A stretch of 64,000 nucleotides of DNA from NCBI GenBank assembly GCA_938075155.1, contig CALJGL010000028.1, forward strand, positions 51,186-115,185, written 5' to 3'. Source of the DNA: an uncultured bacterium (GTDB lineage: Bacteria; Planctomycetota; UBA8108; UBA1146). The notes under the pieces are model-generated. The model saw only the letters and a program-made list of their open reading frames with translations, did no database searches and was not told where the DNA came from. The translations under genes were made by a program, and so were the position numbers. Positions 28,726 to 38,018 of this stretch are shown piece after piece (position 1 is the stretch's first letter; each line of letters begins with the position of its first letter).

Positions 28726-29505
28726 ATGAGTTCGTCATTCGATGTGCCTGAAGCTTTACAGAAGCGTGTCAGCACTATAGCTGTAGATGATCTCGCAAAG
28801 CGAGGAATGCGTACCGTCAAAGTACTCGACAAGGCTGCAATTCTTAGCCTGGTAGATGAAGCGGTTGAGCAAGTCGTTGCGACTCGCTTACAGAATCTGG
28901 ATACGGAAGATCGCGATAAGATTCGTGAAGAAGCCAAAAGCCAGTTCAAGAAGTTGGTCGCAGAGAGAAACTCTCACCAAAAAGAAAAGCAGCAAGCTTA
29001 CGAAGATCGTATAGAGAACTTGCGTGCACAAGCTGTAAGTCTTGAAGAGAAATTAGTTCAAGCTGAAAGTGCCAAAGAAGAATTCGCTCGACAGGCAGAA
29101 GAGCAAACTGAAGCCTCTGCTTCAGAAGTTCTGAATCCCGCCGTTGCCCCCGTTCCTAATCCTGTGATCGATTCCGATCAACTTAAAGAAGTGATAAAGG
29201 AAGCTGTCGCTGAAGCAAAGGGCGACACGCCCTCTTCTTCGGATGCCCAAATGGAAGGCCTTAAAGCGAGTATCGATGCACTCGCAAGTAAGGTCACCTC
29301 GGGTTCAAGCTCTAGGGGTTCACACTCTACGGGTTCCAAAGTGATAGAACCACCAACGGAAGAAGCGCTTGTTGCACTCTTTTCCAAAGAAACTGGTGAG
29401 AAAATAGAAAATAACCTCGACCAAGTCGAGGTCAAGAATGCCAAGGCAGGGGGAGTTTCCGCAAATCTTGCGAAACTGAAAAACCTCCAGAAAGAAACGG
29501 AGTAA
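28726..29505 (+). CDS. hypothetical coiled-coil protein, co-transcribed with actin-like gene
   Basis: E/K/Q/A-rich heptad-like segment (about aa 45-130); only 4 nt to next ATG. Confidence 0.8.
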   Translation: MSSSFDVPEALQKRVSTIAVDDLAKRGMRTVKVLDKAAILSLVDEAVEQVVATRLQNLDTEDRDKIREEAKSQFKKLVAERNSHQKEKQQAYEDRIENLRAQAVSLEEKLVQAESAKEEFARQAEEQTEASASEVLNPAVAPVPNPVIDSDQLKEVIKEAVAEAKGDTPSSSDAQMEGLKASIDALASKVTSGSSSRGSHSTGSKVIEPPTEEALVALFSKETGEKIENNLDQVEVKNAKAGGVSANLAKLKNLQKETE

Positions 29506-29509
29506 GGGC

Positions 29510-30700
29510 ATGGGAGATTTTGCAGATTACGCCCGCAAGGATTTCGACAAGAAAAAAAATGTCGTAGCCAGTGCGGACAAGAATGATCAAAAAGATGTTC
29601 AGTTTAATGTTGAGGATGCAAAGTCATTCTCAGCACCTGAAGTAGCTGTTCCTGACACAGTCGTAAATACTGAAGTTACGGCTCCAGTTGTTTCCACAGG
29701 AGATACTGCGGTAGCTCTGGGACGCGGACTTGATGTTGGAACTGCTAATTTGGTTTCGTCATTCCAGGATGCTTCTGGGAACGTGAATCTCAAGATTCAG
29801 AGAAATGCATTCATCGATATCGATTGTGATGATTACACCCGAAACATGCTCACCCGTTTGGGCGTTCAGTATGTTGTGGTGAATGGTCGCATGGTCGTTG
29901 TGGGTGACCCCGCTTTTGAACTGGCAAACATTTTCAATCGCAACACTCGTCGCCCCATGAAAGAGGGAATGATCAGCCCAGATGAGGCCGATGCTCTTCC
30001 TATCGAGAAAATGCTACTTGAGACGCTTCTCGAGCAACCCAAGACTCCAGGCGAGATTTGTTACTATTCGGTTCCGGCTGAGCCGATCGATGCCGACATG
30101 AATGTCGTTTATCACCAAGGTGTCTTCGGAGGATTACTCAAGGGACTTGGCTACGAGCCTAAGCCTCTTGTTGAGGGGCACGCTGTTGTCTTCTCAGAGC
30201 TTGCTGAAGATGACTTCACCGGAATCGGAATTTCCTGTGGCGGCGGAATGTTTAATGTATGTGTTTCATACAAATCAATCCCTGCTCTGAGTTTCTCGAC
30301 TTCACGTGGAGGTGACTGGATTGACCGGAACGTTGCCAGTGTTCTAGGGATTAGTTCTTCCAGAGCGTGTGGTTTGAAAGAGAAGGGGATCGACATTACA
30401 AACCCCAATGGGCGTGAAGAGGAAGCTGTAGAAATTTACTACCGCAACCTGATCGCCTACACTCTGAAAAACATCAAGGAGCGTTTCGAATCCTCCTCGT
30501 CCATGCCAAAGTTCCCCGATCCGATCAGCATTGTCTGTGCCGGTGGAACAAGCATGATTGGTGGCTTTACCGAAGTGTTTAAGCAAGAATTTGAAAAGAT
30601 CAACTTCCCGATGGATGTCAAAGAGATTCGCCTTGCAGAAGATCCGCTCTACAGCGTGTCAAAAGGTTGTCTCGTTGCCGCTCTTTCAGAGAGTGTCTAG
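29510..30700 (+). CDS. actin-fold ATPase, volactin-like
   Basis: Phosphate-1 GLDVGTANL, connect-1 EGHAV, phosphate-2 GISCGGGMFNV, GGDWID, adenosine AGGTSMIGGF, connect-2 PLYSVSKG. Confidence 0.9.
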   Translation: MGDFADYARKDFDKKKNVVASADKNDQKDVQFNVEDAKSFSAPEVAVPDTVVNTEVTAPVVSTGDTAVALGRGLDVGTANLVSSFQDASGNVNLKIQRNAFIDIDCDDYTRNMLTRLGVQYVVVNGRMVVVGDPAFELANIFNRNTRRPMKEGMISPDEADALPIEKMLLETLLEQPKTPGEICYYSVPAEPIDADMNVVYHQGVFGGLLKGLGYEPKPLVEGHAVVFSELAEDDFTGIGISCGGGMFNVCVSYKSIPALSFSTSRGGDWIDRNVASVLGISSSRACGLKEKGIDITNPNGREEEAVEIYYRNLIAYTLKNIKERFESSSSMPKFPDPISIVCAGGTSMIGGFTEVFKQEFEKINFPMDVKEIRLAEDPLYSVSKGCLVAALSESV

Positions 30701-30727
30701 TCGAGAATCGATTTATCATGGAAAATG

Positions 30728-30759
30728 GGGGTGCAGGGCGAAAGCCTTGCACCCTTTTT
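30728..30759 (+). terminator. intrinsic terminator after actin-like gene
   Basis: GGGTGCAGGGC-GAAA-GCCTTGCACCC followed by TTTTT. Confidence 0.8.
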
Positions 30760-30793
30760 CATTGGGGTGGTTTTGTAGGTTAGTTTTCCAGAA

Positions 30794-31840
30794 GTGAGAG
30801 TAATGCCCATCTTGCAGAACAGCATGAGTCTAATTCTCCCGAAATCTTGGCTCTGGTTTTTTGGGCTCCTGTTCTGCTTATTGAGTGCTGGCGTTGAGGC
30901 TCAATCAGAGAGACAGCAGTCTCTAGATAGACTCTCTGGGTACAAATATGTGAACACTTCCTTTTTCGAAGTGGTTCTCGCTCCTGGAATGAACTCCCCA
31001 AAGGAGTCCTTCAATAAGATCATCGATGACACTCTCGTCGATGTGCGCAGCTGGCTGGGGTCTCCTTCCACACGTAAACCTCAGATTTATCTTGTCCATG
31101 GAAGAAGTGGTTTTAACTCGCTTCTCGCTGAGCTGGGTATCGGGGAGAAACCGGACTGGGTTCCTGCTCTTGCCCTCCCTGGTTCAGGGGTGATCGTCTT
31201 CGATATGGAGTATTCTCGAAGGAACCCTGCAGAGGGCATCAGTACTCTGAAGCATGAAATCGTTCACGTTGTTCTTGCCGAATCTGGCGGAGCTCTCCCG
31301 AGATGGGTCCATGAAGGAATCGCGCAATCATTGGCGCGGCAATCACCGGGTCCACAAAAAAAGAGGGAGGTTGCCGTTCATGCTTATTTTGGAGAGCTCG
31401 TGCCCATCAACGAAATGGATCAATATCTACCCATATCTCACCAGAGGGCAACAACACTCTATGCCGTCTCGGTCATGTTTATTGACTGGACTCGATTTCG
31501 CTATGGAGAAGGTTTTCATGCCTCGGTCTTGAGACAATGCAAAGCGGGTATGTCATGGGATCAGGCATTTTTTGAAGAATCAGGCGAGACTCTGGATAGT
31601 GCGTTCGAGCTCTGGCAGAATTCTTTAAAAGCGGGGTCTGTCCTTCCCGGTTTGATCCTTGACCTGTTGATTTCATGGAAGACGATCGCTGTCATGGTAG
31701 TTATCGCGGCCTTGGTTCAGCAAAAAAGGCGACGTCGGGCCCTTGAGGCGATGAAGCAGGCGGAGCTAGAAGAGGAAGAGCAGCAATCATGGAACTCTCA
31801 ACAGTCCCCTACATCCGATGGGCAAAATACGAGGGATTGA
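30794..31840 (+). CDS. peptidase MA-like zinc metallopeptidase domain protein with C-terminal TM
   Basis: LKHEIVH (HExxH) and PRWVHEGIA; signal peptide; start uncertain (30794-30824). Confidence 0.8.
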   Translation: MRVMPILQNSMSLILPKSWLWFFGLLFCLLSAGVEAQSERQQSLDRLSGYKYVNTSFFEVVLAPGMNSPKESFNKIIDDTLVDVRSWLGSPSTRKPQIYLVHGRSGFNSLLAELGIGEKPDWVPALALPGSGVIVFDMEYSRRNPAEGISTLKHEIVHVVLAESGGALPRWVHEGIAQSLARQSPGPQKKREVAVHAYFGELVPINEMDQYLPISHQRATTLYAVSVMFIDWTRFRYGEGFHASVLRQCKAGMSWDQAFFEESGETLDSAFELWQNSLKAGSVLPGLILDLLISWKTIAVMVVIAALVQQKRRRRALEAMKQAELEEEEQQSWNSQQSPTSDGQNTRD

Positions 31841-32868
31841 TGGGCGAGCATCGCCTGACGGCGAGCGCGGTTTCTCCCATCGATTGGAGTGATATAGGCC
31901 TCGATCCAGCCACTCTGAAGCTGACAGAGTTTTCTCCATATGGGCCTAGTGAGGTCTTCGACAGACTTCAGGAAGATTGGGGTGTCGATCCTTCTGGGGT
32001 CGTCCTTGGGGCCAGTGCCTCTCATGCACATTTTTGTTTCGGCGCTTCCCTTGTTAAACCGGGAGATGTCATTATTCATGAGGTACCAGGATATTTACCT
32101 CTCGTGGATGCTCTGTCCATGTTGAGAGTGAAGACTGTTCCGTTTCAGCGCCGATTCGATGAGAGTTATAGACTCGATGTTGAGCAGTTAAAAAAAACAG
32201 TAATTGAAAACGATGCAAAGTTAGTTCTGCTGACCGATCTTCATAACCCTTCCGGAGTGAGCTTAGATAAGAAAACGTTACTGAGCATTGTGGAGATGTG
32301 TGAGGTCACAGGATGTCATGTTCTTATCGATGAAATGTATAGAGGTTTCCTCGATCCTGATCCAGGTCCGGCATGTCTTTTGCATCCTCGTATCATCAGT
32401 GTCTGGGGTTTGAACAAGATTCATGGGATTTCTCAGGTCAGGTTTGGTTGGGGTTGTGCCACACCAGAACTCGCAGATAGGGCTAGGCGAGTCTTCGATT
32501 CGACGACGTTACATACGTCTTGTTTAACGGACCAAGTCGCAAGAGCAGCGATGACCCATCTCGACCAACTGACGCAGCGAGGCCGGCGATATGCTCAAGA
32601 AGGTTGGGGCATATTTTCTGATTGGCTCCAGCAGCAAGATCTTGCCGTCATTCCTCCAGATGGGGGATTGATCTGTTTTCCTGAAGTACCGCAGGAGATC
32701 GCACGGGACGGGGATCATTTCAGGGAGTTATGTATGGAGCAGGGGCTCAATGTCACTCCGGGTCGATTCTTCGGTGCGAGCCAGCATGTGAGGATTGGAT
32801 TCGGACTCGAGGAGGCTCAATTGAAGCCCGCCTTGGATATTCTCGCAAAGGTCCTGAATCCCTCATAA
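31789..32868 (+). CDS. PLP-dependent aminotransferase class I/II
   Basis: LHNPSG, IDEMY, LNKIHG (PLP Lys), RFGW, VRIGFG. Confidence 0.88.
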   Translation: MELSTVPYIRWAKYEGLMGEHRLTASAVSPIDWSDIGLDPATLKLTEFSPYGPSEVFDRLQEDWGVDPSGVVLGASASHAHFCFGASLVKPGDVIIHEVPGYLPLVDALSMLRVKTVPFQRRFDESYRLDVEQLKKTVIENDAKLVLLTDLHNPSGVSLDKKTLLSIVEMCEVTGCHVLIDEMYRGFLDPDPGPACLLHPRIISVWGLNKIHGISQVRFGWGCATPELADRARRVFDSTTLHTSCLTDQVARAAMTHLDQLTQRGRRYAQEGWGIFSDWLQQQDLAVIPPDGGLICFPEVPQEIARDGDHFRELCMEQGLNVTPGRFFGASQHVRIGFGLEEAQLKPALDILAKVLNPS

Positions 32869-33010
32869 AACCCTCACGGAAATCATTTCCTGCATAGAAT
32901 GCCCACTCGGGAAACTCTTCTCTGTCGAAGCGATCAGAGTTGCCATTTGTGTATTTCTGTAAACCATTCATCCAAGGGTACTTACGTAATATTCCGTGCT
33001 ATTGGAAAGA

Positions 33011-33027
33011 CTGGCACGGGGATTGCC
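33011..33027 (+). promoter_or_regulatory. sigma54 -24/-12 promoter
   Basis: CTGGCACGGGGATTGCC matches TGGCAC-N5-TTGC exactly, in an intergenic region. Confidence 0.75.
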
Positions 33028-33037
33028 ATTGTTCTTG

Positions 33038-33133
33038 TGAGCGAAGTTCCTCTGAGAGGGCTGAACTCCAAAACTTGCACTCCCCCCCTTTCCCGCGGAG
33101 TCCGTTGATTCTCAACGGGCTCCCTATTTTTTT
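33038..33133 (+). ncRNA. candidate sigma54-dependent small RNA (about 95 nt)
   Basis: Lies between a sigma54 consensus and a terminator; 5' hairpin, C-rich single-stranded tract, no SD-led ORF seen. Confidence 0.5.
33097..33133 (+). terminator. intrinsic terminator
   Basis: GGAGTCCGTTGA-ttc-TCAACGGGCTCC then CTATTTTTTT. Confidence 0.75.
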
Positions 33134-33241
33134 ATCGATTCCAAATCGAGCCTCTCGTCGCTCCCATGCTCTCCTTCCATTAAGATACCTGTCCGGCTAA
33201 GCCCGTTTTCTCTGGCATTTACGGTTCGGGAGGAACGAAAT

Positions 33242-33607
33242 ATGGACAATCTCAAACAATGGATGGAATTGGGGAATGGATTACTCGTGTCCCTCAATAA
33301 GGCCAAGAGTCATTTGATGGCGGCAGTGGATGATCTTGTAGAAGAGGGAACTCTGAACCAATCGCAGGCAGAGGCGATTCTTGAATCCTGGAAAAAAAGA
33401 ACTTCTTCGGATTCTTCTGATGAAATTCATTCCGACCCTCAACAGAGTTCGACTTCGGGAGATAGCCCTAGAGAAGGAACTTCCGAGATTTCAAACCTGC
33501 TTGAAAAGATATCGAAGGTTGCTCCTGTTCGCCGAGAAGAATTTGATCAGTTGCTGCAGCGTGTCGATCAACTGGAGAGCGAACTCCACAACTTAGACAG
33601 ACGATAA
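33242..33607 (+). CDS. phasin-like/ABC1-associated small helical protein
   Basis: VDDLVEEGTL...REEFDQLLQRVDQLE; GGAGG SD; directly upstream of ABC1 kinase. Confidence 0.65.
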   Translation: MDNLKQWMELGNGLLVSLNKAKSHLMAAVDDLVEEGTLNQSQAEAILESWKKRTSSDSSDEIHSDPQQSSTSGDSPREGTSEISNLLEKISKVAPVRREEFDQLLQRVDQLESELHNLDRR

Positions 33608-33617
33608 CGGGGAATAC

Positions 33618-35243
33618 TTGGTCAAGCCTCTTCAAACTCTTCGGAATCTACCTCGCCTGAAGGATATATCCTTTGTGTTGGCTCGGCATGGTCTCGTCGA
33701 TCTTGCGGCGAGGTTAGGGGCAGGTTTTCGTACCCGCATTCTTGGACGTGTTTCAAATTCGCGCCTTTCTTATGCGAGTCGATTGCGTATTGCTTTCCAA
33801 GAGCTGGGCCCGATTTACATCAAGCTGGGTCAGTTGATGGCCAGTCGTCCGGATATTTTTCCAGAATACATTGTTCAAGAAATGGAAAGATTACGAGACG
33901 ATGTCGAACCCGTTCCCTTTGATCAAGTTCGACCGGTCATCGAAAATAGCCTAGGTGGAAGTATCCACGACTTCTTTCGTCAGTTTGGTGAAGAGCCGAT
34001 TGCCAGTGCTTCCATTGCACAGGTTTACAAGGCTGTCACTCTCGATGGTGACGTGGTGGCGATAAAGGTTCGTAAACCGGGTATCGAAAAAGTGATCGAA
34101 CGAGATATAGGGGTATTGGATCAGTTCGCTGAAGCTCTTTCGCGGCAGCCTGAATCTGGAGGCTTCGATCCTGTGGCATTGGTTCGGGAGTTAAAAAACG
34201 CTCTCGATGGCGAGCTCAATTTTAGACTCGAGAAAAACTCCATTGATCGCATCAGAACATATTTTGAGGGTGACGATGAAATCGCGATTCCCAAGACTTT
34301 CTCCAAGCTCTGTGGTCGAGAGATTCTTGTCATGGAGTGGTTTGAGGGAGTCCCCGTCGGGAAGTTGACGAAAGAGGATCCTCGCAGGCAGCGTGTGGTT
34401 CGAATTTGTGCCCGTTCCTTGTTTAAAATGATGTTTAGGCATGGCCACTTTCATGGAGATCCACATCCTTCCAATATTTTGTGGTTGGAAGATGGAAGAA
34501 TTGGCTGGATAGATTTTGGATTGACGGGGTTGCTGACTTCAGAGTTAAGATGGCGACTCTCTCGAATGCTCGCGGCTTTGGTCGAAAAAGATTACGAAGA
34601 GCTCGCGCGACAAGTGATCCACGTGGGGCACTGCCATGGAGAGGCGAATACCTTTGCTCTCACGCAATCGATAGCGCAGCACTTGGACCCATATTTGGGA
34701 TTACAGCTCGCCGAAATCGATCTTCCCGCGATGCTGAAGAGCATCATTGAGATCGCAACTGATCACCGAATTGAAATCGCACCGGGGTTTGTAAGAATGA
34801 CCCGGGCATTGGTTCTCTTGGAAGGGCTGGTCGAGAAACTAGATCCTGAATTTGATACAGCTACCGAATTGGAACCCTTGCTGAAGGAGCTACTGGAGGA
34901 AAAAGCGGCCCCCTCCGAACGGATCAAGCGCGCCGCCGATCAAACTCTAGAAAATCTGGAGGCGATGGGGGAGGTCCCTGCGCTTCTTTCTGAAGCGTTG
35001 AGGCGAGCGACTCGAGGACGATTACGTGTAGAATCTGAGATTACAGGGCTCGATAGGCTCTCCAAGCGTATTGAAAATGCGAGCCGACGATTGGTCGAGG
35101 GGGGCGTGGCCTCTGCTCTGATCGTTTCTTCTGCCCTATTTGCTGTATCTGATCTTCCTTGGTATGCGGGAGGATCTGCTTTACTGGCAGGGTTTATCCT
35201 GTTTCGAATACTGTTTGGCTATATCTCGCCCTGGCAATCCTAA
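33618..35243 (+). CDS. ABC1/UbiB family atypical kinase
   Basis: LGPIYIKLGQ, IASASIAQVY, VAIKV, FHGDPHPSN, IDFG. Confidence 0.92.
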   Translation: MVKPLQTLRNLPRLKDISFVLARHGLVDLAARLGAGFRTRILGRVSNSRLSYASRLRIAFQELGPIYIKLGQLMASRPDIFPEYIVQEMERLRDDVEPVPFDQVRPVIENSLGGSIHDFFRQFGEEPIASASIAQVYKAVTLDGDVVAIKVRKPGIEKVIERDIGVLDQFAEALSRQPESGGFDPVALVRELKNALDGELNFRLEKNSIDRIRTYFEGDDEIAIPKTFSKLCGREILVMEWFEGVPVGKLTKEDPRRQRVVRICARSLFKMMFRHGHFHGDPHPSNILWLEDGRIGWIDFGLTGLLTSELRWRLSRMLAALVEKDYEELARQVIHVGHCHGEANTFALTQSIAQHLDPYLGLQLAEIDLPAMLKSIIEIATDHRIEIAPGFVRMTRALVLLEGLVEKLDPEFDTATELEPLLKELLEEKAAPSERIKRAADQTLENLEAMGEVPALLSEALRRATRGRLRVESEITGLDRLSKRIENASRRLVEGGVASALIVSSALFAVSDLPWYAGGSALLAGFILFRILFGYISPWQS

Positions 35244-35333
35244 ATCCCACGCATGCAAGAGTCGCAGTTCTTTCTCGGTCCTGTTGACCCGAACCTGCCC
35301 AGTTTCTAACATCACAGTCTGAAACGAGGACCC

Positions 35334-36746
35334 TTGAAGCCTACTTACTCCATGCAAACAGTTGAAGTCGACGAAGCAGTACCGAAATCGAGAAGAGTCT
35401 ATTTCGAAGTCTTCGGCTGCCAGATGAACAAGTTAGATGCTGAACTGATGCTGGAAGGTCTCATGCAAAGAGGCTACCAACTGGTCCATGATCCTGAGGA
35501 AGCGGGTGTGATTCTATATAACACCTGTTCTGTCCGTGAACGTGCGGAAGAACGTGCCGTCATGCGGATGACCAGTTTCAAGCGAAGGAAAAAAGAAGAG
35601 CCGGAATTGATTCTCGGTTTGACGGGCTGTGTTGCTCAACACAAGCAGGAAGAACTCGCAGAGCGTGCGCCATGGATCGATCTCATCATTGGTACTCGAG
35701 AATTCGATCGCTTACCCGACCTGATTGATGAAGTTCGCGGTGAAAGCCAAAGTATATTGGCGACGGAAATGGACTCACCCCTTGAGTTTGTCCGCCAACG
35801 AAATTTGGGTCCACAGCCTTGGCATGCATTTGTCTCGGTGATGCGAGGTTGCGATATGGTTTGTACCTATTGCATCGTTCCGACGACTCGAGGAAAAGAA
35901 GTGTCTCGCTCTCCAGAGGTGATTCTGGAAGAAGTTCGCCGATTGGCGGCTGAGGGAGTTCAAGAGATCACGTTTCTCGGGCAAACTGTAAACTCATACG
36001 GAAAGCGATTGGGAGCAGGAGTTGGTCTCGATACCCTTTTGCGGGGTGTGGAAGAAATCGATGGGATTCATAGATGTCACTTTATCACCTCGCATCCTCG
36101 CTTCATGAGACCCAAACTGATCCAGGCGATGGCAGATTGCTCAAAAGTGATGAACTATTTGCACCTTCCTGTTCAATCAGGAAGTGACTCCATGCTGGCA
36201 AGAATGAAAAGAACCTACGACCGCGACTTCTACTTAAAGTGCATTGAACGTCTCAGAGAGAAGATGCCAGATATCACTCTCGCTACGGATTTCATCGTCG
36301 GCTTCCCCGGTGAAACAGATGAGGAATTTGAAGAAAGTCTCTCTCTCGTAAAAGAGGTGGGATTCGATAGTGGATACGTATTCCAGTATTCTCCTCGTCC
36401 AGGGACTGTCAGTGCAGACCATTTGGTAGATGACATTCCTTTAGAAGTGAAGAAGGAACGTAATCACTTATTGCTAGATGCACTTCATACCAGTGGCAAA
36501 GCTAGGAATGATAGATTCCTCGGCCGCACTGTTGAGGTGATCGCAGAAGGACCCTCAAGAACTGATCCGACTCGTTGGGCAGGTCGTGCTAGAGATCATC
36601 GTATTGCGATCTGGCCTGCATGCCCTGATGACAAAGCAGGATCCTTTGCCGTGGTCAAAGTGAACAGAACTTCCGCAGCTACCCTGTTTGGGGAACGGGT
36701 GGACGGCCCGTCGGAGAAGCCAATTCTCCCGCCTGAAGTTCGATGA
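35334..36746 (+). CDS. miaB: tRNA methylthiotransferase MiaB
   Basis: FGCQMN, NTCSVRE, GCDMVCTYCIVP (radical SAM), HLPVQSGS, DFIVGFPGET, YSPRPGT, TRAM-like end. Confidence 0.95.
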   Translation: MKPTYSMQTVEVDEAVPKSRRVYFEVFGCQMNKLDAELMLEGLMQRGYQLVHDPEEAGVILYNTCSVRERAEERAVMRMTSFKRRKKEEPELILGLTGCVAQHKQEELAERAPWIDLIIGTREFDRLPDLIDEVRGESQSILATEMDSPLEFVRQRNLGPQPWHAFVSVMRGCDMVCTYCIVPTTRGKEVSRSPEVILEEVRRLAAEGVQEITFLGQTVNSYGKRLGAGVGLDTLLRGVEEIDGIHRCHFITSHPRFMRPKLIQAMADCSKVMNYLHLPVQSGSDSMLARMKRTYDRDFYLKCIERLREKMPDITLATDFIVGFPGETDEEFEESLSLVKEVGFDSGYVFQYSPRPGTVSADHLVDDIPLEVKKERNHLLLDALHTSGKARNDRFLGRTVEVIAEGPSRTDPTRWAGRARDHRIAIWPACPDDKAGSFAVVKVNRTSAATLFGERVDGPSEKPILPPEVR

Positions 36747-37885
36747 AAGAATACGACCCCGATTCTTACGAGATCTGTATGGCGCTGGCTCTTGAGTTGG
36801 CCCGAGACGGATTGGGAAAAGTTTCTCCCAATCCGCCCGTAGGGGCTGTACTGATTTCAAAAGAGTTACAAATCGCTAAAGGTTGGCACTCTGAATTTGG
36901 AGGTCCTCATGCTGAAGTGGCTTGTATCAATGATGCGAAAAGTCAGGGGATAGACACTCAGGGAGCCACCATTTTTGTCACTCTGGAACCGTGTGGTCAT
37001 CATGGAAAAACTCCTCCTTGCGCAGAAGCCATCATCGAGGCCGGCATCACTCGAGTGATTTATGGGCATAACGATCCTCATCCGGTCACTCGGGGAAAAG
37101 GTCCAGATCGATTGCTGGCAGCGGGGATCGAAGTCAAATCCGGCATTTTAGAATCTGAGTGTGCAAAGTTATTGGCTCCATATTTGTGTCATATTCGAGA
37201 GAGAAGACCGCTCGTGACAGCCAAATGGGCGATGACTTTGGATGGCAGAATCGCTTCTGCGACCGGTGATTCGAAATGGATTACTTCAGACAGCACTCGT
37301 AAATGGACCCGGGAGCGAAGAGGCGATCACAATGCTATTCTCGTGGGGATTGGAACTGTGGAATCTGACGATCCTCAATTGACAGCCCGAACTCCTGGAG
37401 TGAGTGACCCCCTCAGAATCGTTCTTGATCCAGGCGGCAGAATTTCTGCAGATCGAAGATTACTCAATGATGGGGCACCCGTCATGTTGGTGATTCTTGA
37501 GGGGCAATCCGTTCCTTCTGGTTTGCCTGAATCAGTGGAAGTCTTATCGATACCTGGGAATCCTGTTGAAAATGGCAAGTCGGTGATAGATCTCAAGCAT
37601 CTGTTATTGAAACTGGGCGAGAGAAATATTCAGAGCCTCCTTGTTGAAGGAGGAGCCGTCACGATTGGTCACTTTTTCGATACCAGTTGCGTCGATCGGT
37701 GTCAGGTCTTGATCGCTCCCAAAGTGATTGGTGGTGCCTTGGCACCCGGGCCGATTGCGGGAAGGGGACTCGATTTGATGACCTTCGCGATTGAAGCACT
37801 GGATCCCAAGTGGAGTGAATTTGGCCCTGATCGTGTTCTTGAGGCATCATTGACTCTTATTGGCCGTGGACGTCTATCCCGCTAA
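36743..37885 (+). CDS. ribD: riboflavin biosynthesis deaminase/reductase RibD
   Basis: PNPPVGAV, HAE, TLEPC..GKTPPC, AMTLDG, LLVEGG. Confidence 0.95.
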   Translation: MKEYDPDSYEICMALALELARDGLGKVSPNPPVGAVLISKELQIAKGWHSEFGGPHAEVACINDAKSQGIDTQGATIFVTLEPCGHHGKTPPCAEAIIEAGITRVIYGHNDPHPVTRGKGPDRLLAAGIEVKSGILESECAKLLAPYLCHIRERRPLVTAKWAMTLDGRIASATGDSKWITSDSTRKWTRERRGDHNAILVGIGTVESDDPQLTARTPGVSDPLRIVLDPGGRISADRRLLNDGAPVMLVILEGQSVPSGLPESVEVLSIPGNPVENGKSVIDLKHLLLKLGERNIQSLLVEGGAVTIGHFFDTSCVDRCQVLIAPKVIGGALAPGPIAGRGLDLMTFAIEALDPKWSEFGPDRVLEASLTLIGRGRLSR

Positions 37886-38018
37886 TAAGTCCCTTTTCTC
37901 AGAGGATGATATTCTTACCGGGGTACCGAACTGTCCGTGCCCCGGGATCCGATGAATGAGAAGTGGACTTCCACAGCTCTCGGTCCCTCTTTAGGCATCA
38001 GGGAGAGACGGTCGTTTC

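Noticed and set aside
29510-30700. Magnetosome MamK, MreB or FtsA assignment
   Set aside because: No mam, mreCD or fts genes nearby, and the motif pattern fits volactin better
31789-31840. 52-nt overlap between peptidase and aminotransferase
   Set aside because: The overlapping part is a low-complexity tail; no sign of frameshift or fusion
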